Shown here one piece after another: positions 24,998 through 32,000 of a DNA stretch of 32,000 bases. Source of the stretch: Candidatus Heimdallarchaeota archaeon. Its GTDB lineage: Archaea > Asgardarchaeota > Heimdallarchaeia > Heimdallarchaeales > Heimdallarchaeaceae. Position 1 is the stretch's first letter, and each line of letters starts with the position of its first letter. A program made the translations under genes and the position numbers. A model generated the notes under the pieces. It was given only the letters and a program-made list of their open reading frames with translations. It was not told the DNA's origin and ran no database searches. The stretch covers positions 12,428 to 44,427 of the forward strand of contig DAOVER010000024.1 in NCBI GenBank assembly GCA_030668875.1. Direction: 5' to 3'.

Positions 24998-26406
24998 GAA
25001 AACTCACTTGCTATTCGAATAACGAATTTTAACTTAAATAGGGGGAAAAATCTCATCTTAGGTGAACATACTTTCCCAGGATTGCTTATATTTTTTGGAT
25101 CAACTTTTTTCTTGAATTCCTTATAGCGTTTATACATTGCTTCTCCATAGATTTGAGGGTAGTAACCTGCAAACCACAAACCTGTAGAATATGGAAATCC
25201 ACCAATTTTTCTGCTTTTCAAAACATGTTTATTGATTTTGAGTATTAGGAGAGACTTCTTGAAATCATTAATTGGTTCTTCAATTGGAAGATAAAGTAAT
25301 AACGCATAATGAGTCTTGGAGATTAGTTCACCTTCAACTCTTAATGAACCTTCGAAAAGACCAGCTAATTTCCTAAGATATTTTGCGCTAGTTTCAATTG
25401 GTAGTATCACTTCAGAGACTAGAAAATCAGGATACTCTTTTAATAGTGCAAGTGTTTTGAAACGAAAATCCCAGATATCCGTTATGTACCTTTTGTCAAG
25501 AATTTGACCACTTGCTTTTCTTATTGTATTATTGAAATTATTACTAAATGTAAGTTCTTCCTCCTCATAACTGATTTCTTTTGAGATAATAGCAACATAA
25601 CTACGAGGAAGGTTATATCCAAAATAATCATTGAAAGCTGAAACTTGAGAAGGATTAAGGAACCAGACAGAGAAAGGATCAACATTTTGCAATTCCTTCA
25701 ATCCTTTCATTAATTCTACAGGAGAATCAAAAATACAACCAAATTGCTTTAGAGGAATGTCAAATTTGATTTTAAGTTTTATCTCAGTTATAATACCTAA
25801 AGTCCCATTAGATCCAAAGAATAAAGCAATATCCTCTTTTTCATTAAAGGATTGTACTTCTCCATTTGGAAGAACAACTTGCATTTCTGCAATTTGATCA
25901 ACAACATTTCCATATTTTACACTGCCAATACCATGCCCACCATGAGATATCCAACCACCAACTGTGGCAGAATAGTAACTTGATGGGTATGAGCAGAGTG
26001 AGAATCCTTGTAACTTCAATTTTTTCTGTAATTCTGAGAAGATGATTGATGGAGATGTTGTAACGGTTTGATCAATTGGTTCAATAAGAAGCTCTCTGTC
26101 TAATCCTTTACAATCTATGACTAAACCCTTATTGCAAGGGATACTACCTCCAAAACCTGTTGTTCCTCCACTACGAGGTACAATGGGTGTTTTTGTTTCA
26201 GTAGCTAAATTGTATACTCTTTGAATATCTTCAACATTTCTGGGTAAAATAATCCCATCTGGTGTGCTATTGAAGAGTAATTTTGTGAGATTAGGGAGCT
26301 CTGCCATATCTCTAGAATAAATTTGTAACGCAGTATAATCTTCCTTCATTTGTTTTCCAAGATATCTGACAAATTTTGTTCTAGTTTTCTTCTTCATATT
26401 CATCAT
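24994..26406 (-). CDS. FAD-linked oxidase (GlcD / D-2-hydroxy-acid dehydrogenase-like, VAO/PCMH family)
   Basis: PDGIILP, IVPRSGGTTGFGG, ATVGGWI, GSVKYG, GSNGTLGIITE and DP..ISNPGK motifs. Confidence 0.9.
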   Translation of the reverse strand: MMNMKKKTRTKFVRYLGKQMKEDYTALQIYSRDMAELPNLTKLLFNSTPDGIILPRNVEDIQRVYNLATETKTPIVPRSGGTTGFGGSIPCNKGLVIDCKGLDRELLIEPIDQTVTTSPSIIFSELQKKLKLQGFSLCSYPSSYYSATVGGWISHGGHGIGSVKYGNVVDQIAEMQVVLPNGEVQSFNEKEDIALFFGSNGTLGIITEIKLKIKFDIPLKQFGCIFDSPVELMKGLKELQNVDPFSVWFLNPSQVSAFNDYFGYNLPRSYVAIISKEISYEEEELTFSNNFNNTIRKASGQILDKRYITDIWDFRFKTLALLKEYPDFLVSEVILPIETSAKYLRKLAGLFEGSLRVEGELISKTHYALLLYLPIEEPINDFKKSLLILKINKHVLKSRKIGGFPYSTGLWFAGYYPQIYGEAMYKRYKEFKKKVDPKNISNPGKVCSPKMRFFPLFKLKFVIRIASEFS

Positions 26407-27590
26407 TCTCCTATTGCTCTTCTAACTAGTTCAGCAATATCGATGACTTCAACGTCAAGTCCCTTCTTTTTCACACCTTGTTGTATTGTATCTAGACATG
26501 TAGGACAACCATTTACTACAATCTCTGCTTCTGAATATTCGATCTCCTCGATTAATCGAGAATTAACTTGACGTGTTAAATCTTCATCATTAAGCTTAAG
26601 CAATCCTCCACCTCCACAGCACAACGCTTCTTCTCTGTTTGATGGAAGATCCTCATATCTTATTCCAGGTATCTTTTCAATTATTTCTCTTGGAGGTTCT
26701 ATCAACCCACAATGCCTGACTAATTCACATGGATCTTTGAATGTTATTTTTTCCTTGATTGTTTTCTTATATTTCAATTTCTTCTGTTCCAATAATTCGG
26801 CAACAAATTCTGAGATATGTAAAACTTCTAAGTCCCATTTGTCACCTAGAATGCGGGGATAAACAATTTTAAAAGCTCTATAACAGCCAGCACAAGCAGT
26901 CACCACTCGCTTAACACCTAGTTTTTTGAATTGTTCTAGGTTATGTTTAGCAAAGGTTTTTCCAACAGAGTATCCTCCTGCCAAGAACACAGGGGATCCG
27001 CAACACCATTCTTCGTTTCCTAGTATAGTAAAATCCACTCTAGCTTTTCTTAATATTTTTACTACACTAGCTGCAACACCTTCCATCTTACCAGAATATG
27101 AGGCTTGACAACCTACAAAATAAGCTACTGAAGCCTTTCTCTGTGTTCTTTTTGTCATGACCATATTGGCCAAATCTGCCCAAGAAACTCTCTCTTCTTT
27201 AGGAAGACCAAAGATATTTTGTGTGTCTTTAACTTTGTTATATATAGAAAGTAGAGCAGGGTTCCATCTACCTCTTTTGAAAGCTTCTTGTCTTACTTGT
27301 TCCCAAATTTTTAGCAATGGGATATCTGCAATACAGATATTTTCACATGCTTTGCACATTGTACAAGCAAAAATTGAATCAAAGAGAGATTTAGAGATGT
27401 CACCTTTAAGTTCCTCTTTCGTAGTTTCTAGAAAATACATTTTTATTTGTTCCAAAATACCACGAGGATGGTAAGTTTCCCATTTTAACTCTCTAAATGT
27501 GGGACATACAGAACAATAGCCACAATATACACATTGTTGTGCTGCTTCTAAAATATCAACTTGCCATTCATTAGACGAACTCATAAACAA
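26403..27590 (-). CDS. Fe-S oxidoreductase with a ferredoxin-like domain and two CCG domains (GlcF/HdrD-like)
   Basis: CVYCGYCSVCP and CTMCKACENIC; CCG sets GC..WCCGSP..TACAGC and DPC..LCCGGGG..GCPTC. Confidence 0.92.
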   Translation of the reverse strand: MFMSSSNEWQVDILEAAQQCVYCGYCSVCPTFRELKWETYHPRGILEQIKMYFLETTKEELKGDISKSLFDSIFACTMCKACENICIADIPLLKIWEQVRQEAFKRGRWNPALLSIYNKVKDTQNIFGLPKEERVSWADLANMVMTKRTQRKASVAYFVGCQASYSGKMEGVAASVVKILRKARVDFTILGNEEWCCGSPVFLAGGYSVGKTFAKHNLEQFKKLGVKRVVTACAGCYRAFKIVYPRILGDKWDLEVLHISEFVAELLEQKKLKYKKTIKEKITFKDPCELVRHCGLIEPPREIIEKIPGIRYEDLPSNREEALCCGGGGLLKLNDEDLTRQVNSRLIEEIEYSEAEIVVNGCPTCLDTIQQGVKKKGLDVEVIDIAELVRRAIGE

Positions 27591-27643
27591 TAAAAAAATC
27601 GCTTTATTCCTTTAATGTCTTGTGGTTATGTTCGCTAATACAA

Positions 27644-28201
27644 TCAAGGTTTGTATCTATTAAAAACAAAAAAGTGAGGTTTCTTCTTAATAAGAGAAGC
27701 AATTACAAAATTTTTGCGAACAGTTGTAGCTAATCTTCCAGCTCTCACCAGTTCAATTGGATCTAGTTTTCCATTCCTTTCTATAATCTGAACCATGTAA
27801 GGACTATGTTCTAATCCAGGACCTTTGTTGTATACGGCAAAATCTACTCCAAATTTCAGACCAGGCCTAACTACATATCCCTTTTTTCTAAGATGTTTGT
27901 AAACTAACATTTTATTATCAAAACCGGTGTATTTATCTAAACACCTTTCATGAAACGAACTCTTAGTTAAAAGAACTCCATTTTCATCAAGAACTTGCAG
28001 TTTCTTCTTTTCTATTAAATAAAGACCTTCAAAAAAGGATATCTCTGAGGGATCACGAAAATCATCATCTAATTGGGGTTTCCTAACACCGATTGGTTTA
28101 CCATAGAAACCATTTTTGTAGAGAGTCTTTCCTTGTTTTATATCCCATACAATAATTCTATTTCCAATGAATTGTGCAGTAAACTTCGGTGACATAGACA
28201 A
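27644..28201 (-). CDS. endA: tRNA-splicing endonuclease, catalytic subunit
   Basis: VYKHLRKKGYVVRPGLKFGVDFAVY (catalytic Tyr), PGLEHSPY (His), GRLATTVRK (Lys). The start is probably ATG 28195. Confidence 0.93.
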   Translation of the reverse strand: MSMSPKFTAQFIGNRIIVWDIKQGKTLYKNGFYGKPIGVRKPQLDDDFRDPSEISFFEGLYLIEKKKLQVLDENGVLLTKSSFHERCLDKYTGFDNKMLVYKHLRKKGYVVRPGLKFGVDFAVYNKGPGLEHSPYMVQIIERNGKLDPIELVRAGRLATTVRKNFVIASLIKKKPHFFVFNRYKP

Positions 28202-28321
28202 ATAGACGCGTTTTTGATTATTTAAATAGATAACGTTTGTTTAGTTTGAGAAAATAAACAAATTGCATTAAGTCAATTACAACATAAGATAGCATTTTAT
28301 ATCTGATTAACGACAACTATT

Positions 28322-29737
28322 TTGAGAATCATGAATATCTCAACTGGGATTAAAGAATTAGATTATATGATTGACGGAGGATTGAGAACTGGGCAATGTT
28401 ATGCCATAAAAGGAACTGCTGGAGCAGGTAAAACTGTTTTGTCACTTTTCATGACTTTAGGTGCTCTTAAGCAAAATATTCCAGTATTATTTATTTCAAC
28501 AGAGGTTGAGCCTTCAAAAATTATAGATTATGTAAAATCTTTTGGGATGGATTTTGATGATTATATCAAAAAAGGTCTTCTTGTAGTTGATAAAATAGCT
28601 CTAAAACCACAAGGTATCAATGTAGTCCAAACTGATAAGTTTGATTTATCAGCTATTATTGCAAGAACCAAAGCCAAAATGGATGCAATTAAAGCTAAAC
28701 TTGTTGTATTTGATTCTATCTCCGCATTTATAGCAGAATTTCAATATGAAAAAACAGCTAGAAGTGGATTTATGGATTTCATCAGAGAAATTACCAAAGA
28801 GGATGCAGCATTAGTTCTTACAGCTGAATCTCAAATATCTCAGGAGCATGCAACACTTGAGGAATTCCTAGTTGACGGTGTTATAAAAATACGATCAGAA
28901 CTTATAGGTAATCAACTTGTGAAGAGGATTTCAGTCCCCAAATTACGATCAGCTCAACCAATTAGTTTTGAGAACAGATTTATCATCAATAAAGACGGAA
29001 TTATGATCCTTCGTTCAGAAAATCCTCCCACTATCTATATTCAAGAAGAGAAGACAGGTATTGCTAAACTCGATGAACTATTAGGAGGAGGAATTCCTGC
29101 AGGTAGTGTAATTCTTATTGAAATTGATGGTGAGACAAATTATTTCCCATTATTTCTAACAACACTATTCCATCAACTAAAAAGGGACAAAGGCGTAATT
29201 ATACACTCTAATGTTCATATGCATTCAGCAAGGATACTTGAGGAGTTTAACAGAGTTGAATGTGATATAACCTCCCATCTTAATGAAGGTAATCTTGTTT
29301 TTATTGACAAATACAATAGAACTGTCACAGCTGTTGAAGCTAGAGAAATGAGCCAACATATAACTACCGACGACATGATTTCTGTTACAGTTGAATTGAT
29401 GGAAGCTTTCACTAGAACAGAGCAAAGAAGTGTGATTTATGGAGACTTGACTGATGATGTTAATATTCTCTCGGAGACAGATTTCTTGAGATATTTCGCT
29501 CTCCAATCTTTCAATGTAAAAGAAAAAAGAGGTGTTGCTTATTCATTCATCAACCATAATGCCATAAGCAGAGAAATATTAGCACGTTTGAGAACAACAG
29601 CTGACATTATCATAAGATTCTCCAGAGTTAATTACACCAATTATATTGAATGCTTGAAAAGCTCTACAGGAGCCACTTTCCTTCCAAAAGTAGTGAAGTT
29701 CAGAGACAAATACCCACTAGTAGAAATAATAGGTTAG
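28322..29737 (+). CDS. KaiC-like double-domain RecA-superfamily ATPase (second domain degenerate)
   Basis: STGIKELDYMIDGG, Walker A GTAGAGKT, Walker B VVFDS, EEFLVDGVI, VPKLR; the second copy KTGIAKLDELLGGG lacks GKT. The start may be ATG 28331. Confidence 0.9.
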   Translation: MRIMNISTGIKELDYMIDGGLRTGQCYAIKGTAGAGKTVLSLFMTLGALKQNIPVLFISTEVEPSKIIDYVKSFGMDFDDYIKKGLLVVDKIALKPQGINVVQTDKFDLSAIIARTKAKMDAIKAKLVVFDSISAFIAEFQYEKTARSGFMDFIREITKEDAALVLTAESQISQEHATLEEFLVDGVIKIRSELIGNQLVKRISVPKLRSAQPISFENRFIINKDGIMILRSENPPTIYIQEEKTGIAKLDELLGGGIPAGSVILIEIDGETNYFPLFLTTLFHQLKRDKGVIIHSNVHMHSARILEEFNRVECDITSHLNEGNLVFIDKYNRTVTAVEAREMSQHITTDDMISVTVELMEAFTRTEQRSVIYGDLTDDVNILSETDFLRYFALQSFNVKEKRGVAYSFINHNAISREILARLRTTADIIIRFSRVNYTNYIECLKSSTGATFLPKVVKFRDKYPLVEIIG

Positions 29738-29745
29738 GTAGAAAA

Positions 29746-30006
29746 ATGGAAATGAAATTACTATTCTTTACAAGCCCAACATGCAGTTGGTGCCCATTTA
29801 TAGAACAAGTATTAGAAAGGATAGTAGAAGAAGCTCCTCATTTAGAACTTGAGATTATAGACATTACAAAAGATATTGAGAAAGCTGAAGAAATGGAAAT
29901 TGTAGCAATTCCAACAATCGTTCTACCTAACAACCAACGAATAATAGGAGCAGCTGATGAAAGATTCATTAGGGAACAATTAGATTTCTATCTGGTTATG
30001 GGATAA
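29746..30006 (+). CDS. thioredoxin/glutaredoxin-like protein (86 aa)
   Basis: FTSPTCSWCP (CxxC), IDIT and cis-Pro motif AIPT. ATG 29746 is 8 nt after the KaiC-like stop; the ORF-track start at 29650 overlaps the upstream gene. Confidence 0.88.
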   Translation: MEMKLLFFTSPTCSWCPFIEQVLERIVEEAPHLELEIIDITKDIEKAEEMEIVAIPTIVLPNNQRIIGAADERFIREQLDFYLVMG

Positions 30007-30036
30007 AGATATAAGGTTTAATGAAGATTTTTTTTT

Positions 30037-31392
30037 ATGGATGAATTTGACAGAATTGTCGAAACTGGACAGGGCAAAATCTTTGCATCCAGCTCAATTT
30101 ATGAGACAATCAAAGATTTGTGTCTTCTTGGAAGTAGATTCGCGGGTACCAATAGCGAAAAAGAAGCACAAGAGTATTTGAAGAATTACATCAGAGATTT
30201 AGGTGTAGAACCCATAGAGCATGAATTTGAATACATGGGGTGGTATAGAGGTACGTGTATTTTCTTTTTACAAGCTGAAGAAACAAAACCTTTCCCAGCT
30301 TTTTCATTAGTATATTCTCCATCCACGGAAGATGAAGGATTTGTGGGAAAAATCGTTGATGGCGGAGGTGGATCTGAAACTGAATTAATGCGTATTCAAG
30401 AAGAAGTGAAAGGAAACATAGTTATGATTCATTCCGGTCAAACAGAGGAAGGATGGCTCCATCGAAGAATAAAATATGCTAATGCTGTTGAGTTCGGAGC
30501 AAAAGCTTTCCTATTTGCAAATCATAATCCTGGTCAGCTGTTCCCAACTGGATCTGTCAGGTCAAACAGAATGGGAGAGATTCCAGCTATAGGGATTTCT
30601 AAAGAAACTTATGAGTATATTAAAGAACAAATACGAAGAAAAGAGGAAGTCAACGGTAAAATCTATATTCTAAACCATGCATCAACAACCACTTCAAAGC
30701 ACATCATATGGGAGATAGAAGGAGAGGAAAAAGAGGAAGTTATTGTAATTGGTGGTCATTATGATGGTCATGATTTGGCTCAAGGAGCAACAGATAACGC
30801 AGGATCAGTTGCAGCTCTTTTGGAACTGACTAAACTGATGAAAGAAATGAATTACGTTCCTAAAAGAACGATACGTTTTATTGCTTTTGGAGTAGAGGAA
30901 TTCGGCGTTGTGGGATCAACAATATATGTTAATGATATCAATGTCGAGAATATCAAAGCCATGATCAATGTTGATGGATTGGTAGGACACATCCCAAAAA
31001 TAGTAGCGTGTGGAGGTTATGATGAGATGTTTAATCTCGTCAAAGATATAAGAGATCAACTGCTCTATGACCCTATAGTTCTAAAAACAATAATCACTGC
31101 CAGTGATAACTACCCATTTTTACTCAAAGGGATACCTAACGTTTGCATTTATGGTCAAAATCCAGATCCTAAATCAGGTCGAGGATATGGACACACTTCA
31201 GCAGATACATTTGATAAGATAACAAAACTAGATGCAAAACTAGCTTTAGGATTCATTTTCAGTTTTCTTACGTTGTTTGTTTCTATAGACAAACTACCCA
31301 AAAGAATTTCTGAGAAAGAAGTTATCACCCTTCTAAGGGAAGCAAATCTGGAAGAGAATTTGAAAGTGCTTGAGAAATGGCCATTTAACTAA
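30037..31392 (+). CDS. M28 family metallopeptidase with a PA domain
   Basis: SRFAGT, PA insert, GGHYD, GATDNAGSV, FGVEEFG, INVDG, SDNYPF and GHTSADT motifs. Confidence 0.92.
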   Translation: MDEFDRIVETGQGKIFASSSIYETIKDLCLLGSRFAGTNSEKEAQEYLKNYIRDLGVEPIEHEFEYMGWYRGTCIFFLQAEETKPFPAFSLVYSPSTEDEGFVGKIVDGGGGSETELMRIQEEVKGNIVMIHSGQTEEGWLHRRIKYANAVEFGAKAFLFANHNPGQLFPTGSVRSNRMGEIPAIGISKETYEYIKEQIRRKEEVNGKIYILNHASTTTSKHIIWEIEGEEKEEVIVIGGHYDGHDLAQGATDNAGSVAALLELTKLMKEMNYVPKRTIRFIAFGVEEFGVVGSTIYVNDINVENIKAMINVDGLVGHIPKIVACGGYDEMFNLVKDIRDQLLYDPIVLKTIITASDNYPFLLKGIPNVCIYGQNPDPKSGRGYGHTSADTFDKITKLDAKLALGFIFSFLTLFVSIDKLPKRISEKEVITLLREANLEENLKVLEKWPFN

Positions 31393-32000
31393 TCAAGATT
31401 TTATTTTCTTTATTTTGGGTATAATCTTTCCAACATTTTCACAGTATTCAATATATTCCTCATCAAAGAATTCCAATAACCCTTCCTCTTCATACTTGAT
31501 AGTGGTTAGGTATCCAGGGATTCCAAATAATAGAATAAACAGATAGGGAGAGAAAGCAACTAGTGGGAGACTAATAAAACCTGTGATATAGAGAAAATAA
31601 GAAGGGTGACGAACAATCGCATGACCCAATTTTGTTGCTAATTCATGTTCATCCTTACTTAAATAAATTCCTCTATCAATCCTACCTAAACACCCAATGA
31701 TTAACCCTAGAAACATGAAAATGGAACCAATTATAAAAACTGGTAATTGAATCGTTTCATCAACACTTGTTAAAGTTAATATTGAAATATCTGAAACAAA
31801 GTAGACTATAGGAGCTACTAAAAGAAAAATCCAAAAGATCATAGTTGGTATAACAATGGAAAGCCCTTCATAAAGAGAGTGGAAGGATGCTCGCGGATAA
31901 CTTGCTTTTCCTTTTCGAATTAACATATAGAAATCTAATGGAATGTGAATGAGTAGATAAAATGATAGATATGAAATCAAAAAGATATATCTGACTAATG
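31393..32000 (-). CDS. isoprenylcysteine carboxyl methyltransferase / PEMT-family membrane protein (5' end probably beyond the window)
   Basis: HAIVRHPSY, YEEEGLLEFFDEEYIEYCENVGKIIP and several TM helices. The frame stays open from TTG 31980 to the window edge. Confidence 0.85.
   Translation of the reverse strand, partial: LVRYIFLISYLSFYLLIHIPLDFYMLIRKGKASYPRASFHSLYEGLSIVIPTMIFWIFLLVAPIVYFVSDISILTLTSVDETIQLPVFIIGSIFMFLGLIIGCLGRIDRGIYLSKDEHELATKLGHAIVRHPSYFLYITGFISLPLVAFSPYLFILLFGIPGYLTTIKYEEEGLLEFFDEEYIEYCENVGKIIPKIKKIKS

Noticed and set aside
28322-29737. Bona fide circadian KaiC
   Set aside because: The second domain lacks Walker A and the ST phosphosite pair (RTTAD against STITD); there is no kaiA, and the partner keeps a CxxC.
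31393-32000. Idea that the ICMT-like gene modifies the small GTPases (CaaX processing)
   Set aside because: None of the three GTPases ends in a CaaX or Cys motif (DYVT, IKDD, GGRR), and this family is widespread in prokaryotes.
1-32000. tRNA, rRNA, CRISPR arrays, IS elements or prophage
   Set aside because: No GC-rich structured islands, regularly spaced repeats, transposase or integrase motifs, or terminal repeats were seen. Nearly all the sequence is protein coding, though small ncRNAs cannot be excluded by eye.

Overview
AT-rich (roughly 30% GC by eye), gene-dense archaeal DNA. It has GGTGA/GGAGG ribosome-binding sites, TATA-like promoters, an archaeal tRNA splicing endonuclease and an eL33/L35Ae ribosomal-protein domain. 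Three Arf/Rag-like small GTPases fused to longin/roadblock-like domains, a uDENN/longin-like protein and an SLC44/CTL-like transporter point strongly to an Asgard archaeon (Heimdallarchaeia-like; the lineage is inference). About 35 CDSs are supported. I saw no rRNA, tRNA, CRISPR array, transposase or integrase. The best candidate for an undescribed system is the tightly packed minus-strand cluster at 20745-23696. It encodes a 40-aa smORF, a GTPase-longin fusion with a Sar1-type DLGGH switch II, a second GTPase-longin fusion with degenerate switch motifs, and a protein that looks like an FLCN/NPRL2-type uDENN domain fused to a gelsolin-like domain. This resembles a Rag-like GTPase heterodimer encoded next to its own GAP, with a possible link to actin. 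Other notable items: an HhH-linker-eL33 fusion; an HhH protein with six KPS(E/D) repeats; a HerA-like ATPase with a 15-aa-periodic Zn-finger tail; a P-loop kinase whose Walker A lies upstream of any ATG/GTG/TTG; a membrane-anchored HEPN protein; a coupled GlcF-GlcD-GcvH module; and a KaiC-like/thioredoxin pair. All family calls come from motifs recognised by eye; no database search was run.
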